Virus record (IMG/VR): IMGVR_UViG_3300025879_001642
Length of the DNA stretch: 64,000 nucleotides
Reading direction: 5' to 3' (one strand)
Source: an uncultured virus (IMG/VR IMGVR_UViG_3300025879_001642)
Lineage: Duplodnaviria > Heunggongvirae > Uroviricota > Caudoviricetes
The position numbers were made by a program, and so were the translations under genes. Shown here piece by piece: positions 17,765 through 26,558 of this stretch. Below the pieces are notes generated by a model. The model made no database searches, was not told the origin of the DNA, and was given only the letters and a program-made list of their open reading frames with translations. Numbering within the stretch: position 1 is the stretch's first letter; each line of letters opens with the position of its first letter.

Positions 17765-20575
17765 TTAAGACATTTCATCTAAATCATCACTTAACTTACT
17801 CAACTTAGCGTGTTGTTCGTTAAACGCATTTACTAATAACGATGTCATCTGTGGGTAATTAACCTTTAAGAATCCATCAGCACTTTCAACAACTAATTCA
17901 GGTAAAACTTTCTGTACTTCCTGTGCGATTACACCGATATCCGTTGGAGTTTCCAACGACTTTGGTTTATAATCACCTTTCCATACGAACTCAACACCTC
18001 TAATGCTCATTGCTTTATCTAACGAATTAGAAATCAATTCTACATTTTTCTTAGCTCTTATATCAGATGCGGGTCCTGTATAACCTCTAGGTCCTTTAGC
18101 TCCTGTATAACCTCTAGGTCCTTTAGGCGCTCCTAATGGTACTATACCAGCAGGTCCTTTAATCCCTTTATAACCTTGTGGTCCTCTAACACCTTTTGTG
18201 GTATTACCGTAACCTTGCGGTCCTTGATTACCTCTACTGTTACTCGCAGTACCTTGGTTACCAGGTTCACCTACATTTCCTGTTGGTCCTTGGTTACCTC
18301 TTGGTTGTGGGTCTCCTATTGAATTCCAATATTCCCTTCCATTTAACCCTCGGCTACCTTTTTTACCTTTAACACCTTTATTACCTTTAGGTCCTCCGTC
18401 ACCAGGTCCTCCACGGTAGCTATCACCTTGTGGTCCTTGTGCACCAGTGGCTCCCATAGTTTTACCAGGTCTGTTACCTTTGATACCTTTGTAACCCTTA
18501 ACACCTTTAGTAGTATTTGCATCCCCACCTTGTCCACCAGGTCCTCTATTACCTTTAGTTCCGATATTACCTTTAGGTCCTTTTGGTGAGTATCCTGTTG
18601 GTCCTTGGTTACCTGTAGCACCTTTGTAACCTTTGTTACCTTTAGTACCTTTATCTCCAGGTCCTCCTTGTGGCCCTACTGGTCCTTGTGGTCCTACTGG
18701 TTGATATCCTTTAGGTCCTGCGTTTCCTTTAGGTCCTTTTCCACCAGCATTACCTTTAAGTAAGTTGGTCGTGTAACCTTTGTCCCCTAATGGTCCTACG
18801 TCTCCTCTATTACCTTTAGGTCCTTTGTTACCTTTAACCCCTTGAGGTCTAGCACCAATATTACCTTTAAGTCCTACGTAACCTTTAACACCTTTGATAC
18901 CTTTTCCACCTGTTGGTCCTTGTGGTCCCGTTGGTCCTACTGGTCCTTGTGGTCCTCCCGGTCCTTGTGGTCCCTGTACACCTTGTGGTTGATAACCTTT
19001 AGCACCTTGGTATCCTTGTGGTCCACGGTCTCCAGCGTTACCTTTGTAACCTTTGTTACCAGTAGCACCTTTATAACCTTTAACCCCTTTATATCCTTGA
19101 GGTCCTTGTGGTCCTTGTCCACCTCTGTTACCTTTGGTATTACCACCTTGTGGCCCTCTAGGTCCTTGCGGTCCTGTTGGTCCTCCCGGTCCTGTAATAC
19201 CTTTATCACCAATAGGTCCTGTTGAACTATCACCAACACCACCACGATATCCTTGAACACCCTGTGTTCCTCTGTAACCTTTATCACCACCAGGTCCTGT
19301 AATACCTTTTGCTGATGTGTTACCTTTGATACCCTTAAGTCCTTGGTAACCTTGTGGTCCCGTTGGTCCTTGTGGTCCTAAAATGTTAGAGACACCTTTT
19401 CTACCTTTTCCACCTGTTGGTCCTTGTGGTCCTGTAGCTACTGAAGGTCCTTTAAGACCTTTATAACCTTTAGGTCCAATTATACCTTTATAACCTTTAA
19501 TGTTTCCACCTTGGTTACCCTGTGGTCCTCTGTATCCCTTAACACCTTGATTACCCTGTGGTCCTCTAGGTCCTTTTGGTCCTGTTCCTCCACGATAACC
19601 TTTGTCACCACCTTGACCTACAGGTCCTCTTGGTCCTTGCGGTCCTTGATATCCCTGAGCTCCTTGGGCTCCTTGTGCTGATGGAGTACCTACAACACCT
19701 TTATCACCTTGCGGTCCTTGGAACCCTTGAAGTCCTCTAGGTCCTTTAGTTGTGTTAGCATCACCCTGAATACCACGGTCACCATTAACACCTTTAAAAC
19801 CTTTGATACCTTTGATACCTTTTTGTCCTACCGGTCCTGTAATACCTTTAGGTCCCTGTGGTGAAACACCTTGAGGTCCCTGATAACCAGTATTACCCTG
19901 TGGTCCTACGACACCTTTGTTACCTTTGATACCTTTAGCACCTTGGTCCCCTACAGGTCCTAAGTTACCTACAGACCCTATATTTCCTTGTGGTCCTCTG
20001 TATCCTTTTGGTCCGATATTACCTTTAGTCCCTTGCGGTCCTGTTGGTCCTACGACACCCTTCTCACCAATAATACCTTTAGTACCTTTGAATCCTTTGT
20101 CACCAGGTCCTCCTTGGACTCCCTTGTTACCTTTGTTTCCTTTGGTACCGATATTACCTTTAATACCTAATGGTCCTTTATCACCGTTTATACCAGCGTA
20201 ACCTTTAGGTCCTGTCGGCCCTGTTGGTCCCGTTGGGCCAGTGGTACCTTTAGTACCCTTAGCTCCAACGTTACCTACATAACCTTTTATGTTAGTGATA
20301 GACCCAACCCAATTACCGTTTTCATCGATAACTATGTCAGTTAAACCTTCACCGTTTTTCATTATAATCTTACCGTCCACAAGTTTTAAACCTCCAGACA
20401 TTTTTACCCCACCAGAACCAATTTCTAATGCTGATATTTCTCCGTCGTTACCTACTGTTAGTGGAAGGTTTTCACCCATAGATACTTTCATATCCACAGT
20501 ACCGTTATTTACAAACAATATCTCTGGAGATGATAACCCTTCTCTATTTGGTGTTATTAATATATTCTTAGCCAT
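17765..20575 (-). CDS. collagen-like fibre chain 1 with C-terminal intramolecular chaperone (peptidase S74)
   Basis: Gly-X-Y from residue 98 to 836; SDIRAKKN...RGVEFVW...GVIAQEV...LPELV. Confidence 0.92.
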   Translation of the reverse strand: MAKNILITPNREGLSSPEILFVNNGTVDMKVSMGENLPLTVGNDGEISALEIGSGGVKMSGGLKLVDGKIIMKNGEGLTDIVIDENGNWVGSITNIKGYVGNVGAKGTKGTTGPTGPTGPTGPKGYAGINGDKGPLGIKGNIGTKGNKGNKGVQGGPGDKGFKGTKGIIGEKGVVGPTGPQGTKGNIGPKGYRGPQGNIGSVGNLGPVGDQGAKGIKGNKGVVGPQGNTGYQGPQGVSPQGPKGITGPVGQKGIKGIKGFKGVNGDRGIQGDANTTKGPRGLQGFQGPQGDKGVVGTPSAQGAQGAQGYQGPQGPRGPVGQGGDKGYRGGTGPKGPRGPQGNQGVKGYRGPQGNQGGNIKGYKGIIGPKGYKGLKGPSVATGPQGPTGGKGRKGVSNILGPQGPTGPQGYQGLKGIKGNTSAKGITGPGGDKGYRGTQGVQGYRGGVGDSSTGPIGDKGITGPGGPTGPQGPRGPQGGNTKGNRGGQGPQGPQGYKGVKGYKGATGNKGYKGNAGDRGPQGYQGAKGYQPQGVQGPQGPGGPQGPVGPTGPQGPTGGKGIKGVKGYVGLKGNIGARPQGVKGNKGPKGNRGDVGPLGDKGYTTNLLKGNAGGKGPKGNAGPKGYQPVGPQGPVGPQGGPGDKGTKGNKGYKGATGNQGPTGYSPKGPKGNIGTKGNRGPGGQGGDANTTKGVKGYKGIKGNRPGKTMGATGAQGPQGDSYRGGPGDGGPKGNKGVKGKKGSRGLNGREYWNSIGDPQPRGNQGPTGNVGEPGNQGTASNSRGNQGPQGYGNTTKGVRGPQGYKGIKGPAGIVPLGAPKGPRGYTGAKGPRGYTGPASDIRAKKNVELISNSLDKAMSIRGVEFVWKGDYKPKSLETPTDIGVIAQEVQKVLPELVVESADGFLKVNYPQMTSLLVNAFNEQHAKLSKLSDDLDEMS

Positions 20576-20580
20576 ATCTA

Positions 20581-23500
20581 TTATTTATTGTTTAGTCTAA
20601 GTTTATTTATTTCTTCCTCTAATTTGTCAATATTAATCTGTTCCGCTTTAATAGCTTCAATGATTAATGGTACAACTCTAGAGTACGACATTGTTAAGAA
20701 ACCTAAAGAGTTCGTAGTAACCGATGCCGGTAATACTTCCTTAGCGTTCTGTGCAACAAATCCGATATCATGTTTACCATAGTATCCAACTTCTGCCCAT
20801 TCTTTCTCTAATGACTCTTGTGTCCAATCATACTCAACAGGTACTAAGTCCATGATTTTATCTAAAGGATTTGATATTTCAACAATATCAGTCTTTAGTC
20901 TAACATCCGAAGATGATAATCCACCACCATCATTTTGTGGATAATCACCGCCTGGTCCTCTACACGTAGAAGCCTGAGACCATGAAATACCATTCCAGTA
21001 ATATGTCGACCCGTTAGCAGAATAATATCCTGGTTCCGCTAATTGACCACCAAATGGGTCCAAATAGATAGGATTACTAAAACTGAAAGTACTAGACGTT
21101 TGGAAAATCTCTATATTCCTAGGAGAATTACAACTAGAAAAATAATCACGACCATTAGCAATTATGTGACTGTAGTAAGTAGTTTGTGCTGGACCTGAAA
21201 GTCCTGTATCACCACGATTACCTTTAGTACCAGTAGCTCCTCTATTACCTTTAAGTCCTACAGTTGCGTCAGCTCCAGCATTACCTTTTGGTCCTACCGC
21301 TCCTCTATAACCTTTTACTCCGTTAGCCCCTTTTGGTCCTCTAGGTCCTTTATAACCTTGAGTTCCTGCCGGACCTGTAGGTCCTTGATAACCTCTAGGT
21401 CCTTTAACACCTTTAGGTCCAATCGTTGGTGTGTAGTTACCTCTAGAACCAGGTCCACCTGGGCTACCTGCGTAACCTTGTATACCTCTGTTTCCTTTAG
21501 GTCCTTTTGCACCTTGATTTCCACTTGCGTATCCTTTGTCTCCTGTTGGTCCTTTGTCTCCACCGGCACCTGTAGGTCCACTAGCACCTTGATACCCTGT
21601 TGGTCCTCTACCACCGTTATAACCTTTAGCTCCTTTATAACCTTTATCTCCTTGTGGTCCTGTTGGTCCTACATTACCTATGTTACCTTTAGTTGCGGTA
21701 TTACCTCTTGGTCCTTTTGGTGATGGTCCTGTATAACCTTTAGGTCCTTGGTCTCCACGGTATCCTTTAGGTCCTATGTTACCTTTGATACCTTTGTTAC
21801 CTTTGGTTCCAGTATTACCTCTATCACCTTGTGCTCCTCTATTACCTTTAGTACCTACTGGTCCTTGATAATGTGGTCCTCTGTAACCTTTAACACCTTT
21901 ATAACCTTTAGGTCCTCTGTTACCTTTGTAACCTTGAGGTCCTTGTGGGGCAGTACCACCTACAGGTCCTTGACCACCTTGGCCACCTCTAGGTCCTTGT
22001 GGTTGGTATCCTTTAACACCTTTGTTACCCTTATAACCTTTGTTACCTTTGTAACCTTTATCACCTACTGGTCCTGTCGGTCCTTGCGGTCCTGTACCAC
22101 CTCTAAGTCCTGTCGGTCCTCTGTTACCTTTATGACCTTTCTGACCGATAACCCCTTTTGGGCTACTACCTTGTGGTCCTCTGTAACCTTGAGGTCCTCT
22201 ATTACCTTTGTAACCTTTGTCTCCTACAGGTCCTTGTCCACCTATTGGTCCACCAGGTCCACCAGGTCCTACATTACCTTTGATACCTTTATTACCTTTG
22301 GTTCCAACGTAACCTTTAACACCTTTAGGTGCGATATAACCTTTATCTCCTGTAGGTCCTCTATCACCCGTAATTCCCGTGTTACCACGATTACCTTTGT
22401 TACCTTTAAGTGCTGGTGTTTGATTACCCTGAGGTCCAACATCTCCTTGTGGTCCTATATAACCTTTAACACCTTTGTTACCTTTGGCTCCAGTATTACC
22501 GATATACCCTTGTGGTCCTTTAACACCTTTAGGTGCTACTAATCCCGGAGTATTTGGGTCGTCATTCTGAGGTAAACCTTTAGGTCCCTGTGGTCCTCTA
22601 TAACCTTGTGGTCCTTGATTACCTCTGTCACCTGTTGGTCCTACATTACCTATGTTACCTGTAAGTCCTCTATCTCCAGTATTACCTATGTTACCTTTAA
22701 GTCCTTTACCACCGCCTGGTCCTGCAACACCTTTGTTACCTTTATTACCTTTGTAACCTTTGTCACCTCCTGGTCCTGTTGGTCCTTTTGGTCCTGTTGG
22801 TCCTTTTGGTGATGAACCGATACCCCCTTGGATACCTTTATCACCTACAGGTCCTCTGTTACCAATATTACCTTTTAAACCTACAGGTCCTTTTGGTTGA
22901 TAACCTTTTGGTCCTTGACCTCCTCTGTTACCTTGGTTTCCTTGAACTCCTTTAAGTCCTTTCGCCCCAATGTTACCTTTAGTTCCTACAGGTCCTAAGT
23001 CACCAGTATATCCCTTAGCTCCGATGTTACCTTTGATACCTTGCGGTCCTTGATACCCAACGTTACCCGTTATACCTTTGATTCCTTTATAACCCTGAGG
23101 TCCTTTTGGTCCGATTTCACCTTTTGGTCCTCTAGGCCCTACAGGTCCTAAGTCACCAACGTTACCCTTGATACCTTTAATTCCCTGAATACCTTTTGGT
23201 CCTTGCGGTCCATCGTTACCTCTATAACCTTTATCACCAGGTGCTCCATTATCTGAAGTTTCACCCTGTGGTCCAACGTTACCTTGAATACCTTTGTTAC
23301 CTTTAGGTCCCTTCTGACCTACTGGTCCTCTGTTACCTACAGTACCTTTGATACCCTTTATTCCTTTTACTCCTTGATATCCTTGTGGACCCTTTAAACC
23401 TTGAGGTCCTTTAATATCACCTAAGTAAACACCGTTCTCATTAATGATTACGTTACCCTGAGAATCCTTCAAATCACCTTCAATAATAAGGTCACCTTGA

Positions 23501-23700
23501 ATTACGAATCTCTCAGTACCTGAGGTTTTCATTCTTGCAACCTCAGAACCGTTTAACATAACAACTAAATCATTCGTAGATGCTTCAGTCACTAATGTGT
23601 ATTCCGTACCACCATTATATAATTCAATATTTGGTGCTCCGTCGGCTTCTGCTCTATTAGGATAAATAATTACCCCTTTTGTTCCTTTTTCTAGTGCCAT
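20581..23700 (-). CDS. collagen-like fibre chain 2 with extra globular domain and S74 chaperone
   Basis: Gly-X-Y residues 98-838; about 92-aa aromatic insert; SDVRLKTD...PVEYDW...GFVAQ. Confidence 0.92.
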   Translation of the reverse strand: MALEKGTKGVIIYPNRAEADGAPNIELYNGGTEYTLVTEASTNDLVVMLNGSEVARMKTSGTERFVIQGDLIIEGDLKDSQGNVIINENGVYLGDIKGPQGLKGPQGYQGVKGIKGIKGTVGNRGPVGQKGPKGNKGIQGNVGPQGETSDNGAPGDKGYRGNDGPQGPKGIQGIKGIKGNVGDLGPVGPRGPKGEIGPKGPQGYKGIKGITGNVGYQGPQGIKGNIGAKGYTGDLGPVGTKGNIGAKGLKGVQGNQGNRGGQGPKGYQPKGPVGLKGNIGNRGPVGDKGIQGGIGSSPKGPTGPKGPTGPGGDKGYKGNKGNKGVAGPGGGKGLKGNIGNTGDRGLTGNIGNVGPTGDRGNQGPQGYRGPQGPKGLPQNDDPNTPGLVAPKGVKGPQGYIGNTGAKGNKGVKGYIGPQGDVGPQGNQTPALKGNKGNRGNTGITGDRGPTGDKGYIAPKGVKGYVGTKGNKGIKGNVGPGGPGGPIGGQGPVGDKGYKGNRGPQGYRGPQGSSPKGVIGQKGHKGNRGPTGLRGGTGPQGPTGPVGDKGYKGNKGYKGNKGVKGYQPQGPRGGQGGQGPVGGTAPQGPQGYKGNRGPKGYKGVKGYRGPHYQGPVGTKGNRGAQGDRGNTGTKGNKGIKGNIGPKGYRGDQGPKGYTGPSPKGPRGNTATKGNIGNVGPTGPQGDKGYKGAKGYNGGRGPTGYQGASGPTGAGGDKGPTGDKGYASGNQGAKGPKGNRGIQGYAGSPGGPGSRGNYTPTIGPKGVKGPRGYQGPTGPAGTQGYKGPRGPKGANGVKGYRGAVGPKGNAGADATVGLKGNRGATGTKGNRGDTGLSGPAQTTYYSHIIANGRDYFSSCNSPRNIEIFQTSSTFSFSNPIYLDPFGGQLAEPGYYSANGSTYYWNGISWSQASTCRGPGGDYPQNDGGGLSSSDVRLKTDIVEISNPLDKIMDLVPVEYDWTQESLEKEWAEVGYYGKHDIGFVAQNAKEVLPASVTTNSLGFLTMSYSRVVPLIIEAIKAEQINIDKLEEEINKLRLNNK

Positions 23701-26501
23701 TATTTATTGTTTTTTGATTTGATAATCTCAAGTTTATTATTTAAATCCTGAACGATTTGTCTTTGTTCTCTTAAAGAAGCAATTAAAATCGATGTCATTT
23801 TTGCATAATTAACGATTACCGCCCCACCAGGAACTTCAGTCGTCAATTCAGGTAATACTTCCTTCACCTCTTGAGCGATGAAACCAGTATCTTTACCTTT
23901 CTGTTTAAGTATATTAAATTCAGAATCTTCAATCCACTCAAAGTTTACCCCTCTTAACTTAGTGATTTTATCAATCGCCATTGTTAATTCTGTGATATTC
24001 TCTTTAAGTCTCTTATCCGATGGTGGTCCTTGTGACCCTATAGGTCCTTTAGCTCCTTGATACCCTGTAGGACCTCTAAGACCTTGTGGTCCTGAACCTC
24101 CTGGTGAAGTTGCAGTAGCACCTACCGGTCCTCTGTTACCTTTAGTACCTACTGGTCCTCTAGGGCCTCCGCCACCTTCATTACCTCTATAACCTTTTGG
24201 TCCTAATTTACCTTTATTACCTTTATTACCTTTGGTACCTCTGTTACCTTTAAGTCCTCCTGGGAAAGTAATCCCTAAGTTATCATTAGTTCCTGAATAA
24301 CCTTTGTCACCTGTTGGTCCTGTTGGTCCTCTACCTCCAGTATTACCTCTGTAACCTTTTGGTGCGGTACCAGCGTTACCTTTAAATCCTTTAGCACCTT
24401 TGTAACCTTTATACCCTTGAGGTCCCGTTGGTCCTCCTGGTCCTCTCGGTCCTTTTGGTCCTGAACCTCCTCTAGGTCCTGCATTACCTTTTGGTCCTTT
24501 ATTACCTTTGTAACCTTTTTCACCAGCGGCACTGTTAGCCCCTTTATTTCCTATGTTACCTTTAGTTCCTGTATCACCTTGTGGTCCTCTATCACCAATT
24601 CCACCTTTAGCGCCTCTACCACCTTGGTTTCCTTGTGCACCTTGGTTTCCTTGGCCTCCAGCACCTCCTTTATATCCTTTGTCACCGACAGGTCCTTGAT
24701 ATCCTTTATCTCCTTTTCCACCAACGATACCTGTAGTACCTCTAGACCCTTGTGGTCCTCTATCACCACCAGGTCCTGCGTTACCTTTAATACCTTTGTT
24801 TCCTGTGTAACCTTTGATACCTTTTGCACCTGTTGGTCCTGTTGGTCCCTGTGGTCCTGTTATACCTCTAGGCCCTTGTGGTCCTTGGTTTCCTTTAGCT
24901 CCAATATTTCCTTTAACACCTTTGTTACCTTTAATACCTTTACCTCCAGTATTACCTTTAAGTCCAATATAACCTTTTGGTCCTGTATATCCTTTAGGTC
25001 CTTTATTACCTTGAGTACCTACCGGTCCTGTTGGACCTCCTGGTCCTCTATTTCCTTTAACTCCAATGTTACCTTTAGGTCCTTTAATACCTTTGTTACC
25101 AACGTAACCCTTAACACCTTTATTACCAGGTCCTCCTTGTGGCCCTTGATAACCCTGAGCACCCTGTGGTCCTCTTGGTGAGTTACCCGTATAACCTTTA
25201 ACACCTTTATTACCCTTGATACCTTTGTCACCAGGTCCCCCTTGTGGCCCTTGATAACCCTGTGCACCAGGTGAACCTACAGGTCCTATAACTCCTTTGT
25301 TACCTTTATTACCTGTATTACCAAGGTTACCCTGTGGTCCTTGAGTACCTACCGGTCCTTGAGCTCCTCTGTTACCTTTAGTTCCTGTTAAACCACCTGA
25401 ACCGATTGGACCTAAGTCTCCTCCTCCATTTTGTGGTCCTCTTGGTCCTTTAGGTCCAAAGTTACCTTTAATACCTTTATAACCTTGCGGTCCTTGGATT
25501 CCTTTAATCCCTTTGTATCCTATAGGCCCTTGTGGTTGATATCCTTTATCTCCTTGTCCCCCTTGAGGTCCTTGATATCCGATAACACCTTTATTTCCTT
25601 TGATACCTTTAATACCTTTGTTACCTTTAAGTCCTTTAGCCGCTGAATAACCTTTGTCACCCGTCGTACCTTTAGTACCTTTGTAACCTTTATCTCCTTG
25701 TGGTCCAAAGTTACCTCTGTAACCCTTAAGTCCAGTATCCCCTCTGTCTCCAGTTGGTCCTGTTGGTCCCTGTGGTCCTTGCGGTCCTTGTTGACCTTGT
25801 GGTCCAACATTACCTGTTGCACCTTTATTACCTTTAATACCCTTAGCTCCTCTGTTTCCTGTCGGTCCCTGTGGTCCTAATGGTCCGGTAATTCCTTTTG
25901 GAGAAAGTCCTTTTTGTCCTTGTTCTCCTCTGTTTCCTTTTATCCCTATAGGTCCCTGATTACCTACGTAACCTTTGTTTCCTTTAAGTCCTTGTTGTCC
26001 TTGTGGTCCTTGACCTCCTTGAGGTCCTATTGGACCGATTGGGCCTTGTTGTCCTTGGGCACCAATTGCTCCTTTTTGAGCAGTTGGTCCTACTATCCCT
26101 TCTGGACCTTTAGCACCTTGTGGGCCGATTACCCCTCTGGAACCAATGTATCCTTTCAAACCTTTTTGTCCTTGATTACCTTGAGCTCCCTGAGCTCCTG
26201 TTGGTCCTGTGTTTCCTTTTCTACCCTTGTCTCCAATAAAATTAGAGGTATCACCTACGTAGTCACTTTCGATGAATGAGTCTTGTTCTTTGTTCTTAAT
26301 TAAACCTGTTTGAAGGTTTTGGTTCTTTACTGTGGCAGTACCCTGAGCGTCAAATTCCATAAGTGTTGTTCCACCAGACTTGAAGATAAGAGAACCACCG
26401 GGGGTTAACCCGATGGTAATCTCTTCTACTCCATGTGTGATAACAATACTTGGATTACTTGACCCCGTAATATTCGGTGTGATTTTAATGTTCTTAGCCA
26501 T
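23700..26501 (-). CDS. collagen-like fibre chain 3 with S74 chaperone
   Basis: Gly-X-Y residues 90-827; SDKRLKEN...RGVNFEW...GFIAQEV; stop overlaps the next start (TAATG). Confidence 0.92.
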   Translation of the reverse strand: MAKNIKITPNITGSSNPSIVITHGVEEITIGLTPGGSLIFKSGGTTLMEFDAQGTATVKNQNLQTGLIKNKEQDSFIESDYVGDTSNFIGDKGRKGNTGPTGAQGAQGNQGQKGLKGYIGSRGVIGPQGAKGPEGIVGPTAQKGAIGAQGQQGPIGPIGPQGGQGPQGQQGLKGNKGYVGNQGPIGIKGNRGEQGQKGLSPKGITGPLGPQGPTGNRGAKGIKGNKGATGNVGPQGQQGPQGPQGPTGPTGDRGDTGLKGYRGNFGPQGDKGYKGTKGTTGDKGYSAAKGLKGNKGIKGIKGNKGVIGYQGPQGGQGDKGYQPQGPIGYKGIKGIQGPQGYKGIKGNFGPKGPRGPQNGGGDLGPIGSGGLTGTKGNRGAQGPVGTQGPQGNLGNTGNKGNKGVIGPVGSPGAQGYQGPQGGPGDKGIKGNKGVKGYTGNSPRGPQGAQGYQGPQGGPGNKGVKGYVGNKGIKGPKGNIGVKGNRGPGGPTGPVGTQGNKGPKGYTGPKGYIGLKGNTGGKGIKGNKGVKGNIGAKGNQGPQGPRGITGPQGPTGPTGAKGIKGYTGNKGIKGNAGPGGDRGPQGSRGTTGIVGGKGDKGYQGPVGDKGYKGGAGGQGNQGAQGNQGGRGAKGGIGDRGPQGDTGTKGNIGNKGANSAAGEKGYKGNKGPKGNAGPRGGSGPKGPRGPGGPTGPQGYKGYKGAKGFKGNAGTAPKGYRGNTGGRGPTGPTGDKGYSGTNDNLGITFPGGLKGNRGTKGNKGNKGKLGPKGYRGNEGGGGPRGPVGTKGNRGPVGATATSPGGSGPQGLRGPTGYQGAKGPIGSQGPPSDKRLKENITELTMAIDKITKLRGVNFEWIEDSEFNILKQKGKDTGFIAQEVKEVLPELTTEVPGGAVIVNYAKMTSILIASLREQRQIVQDLNNKLEIIKSKNNK

Positions 26502-26550
26502 TACAAAGAATCAATTTAATTTAGTTTATTATTATTACAATTATTCATTA

Positions 26551-26558
26551 TATAAATA
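26551..26558 (-). promoter_or_regulatory. TATTTATA promoter motif heading the collagen operon
   Basis: Exact motif 49 nt upstream of ATG 26501. Confidence 0.7.

Noticed and set aside
18074..18127. Near-exact 27-nt tandem duplication
   Set aside because: In-frame duplication of three collagen triplets; no separate function evident.
18343..26279. Many alternative-frame and antisense ORFs over the collagen genes
   Set aside because: Shadows of the Gly-X-Y codon periodicity; low-complexity translations with no independent signals.
17765..26501. Highly repetitive DNA as a possible CRISPR array, satellite or DGR repeat
   Set aside because: Repeats are 9-nt-periodic coding triplets with synonymous variation; no constant repeat with unique spacers, no adenine-specific variant pair, and no reverse transcriptase in the window.
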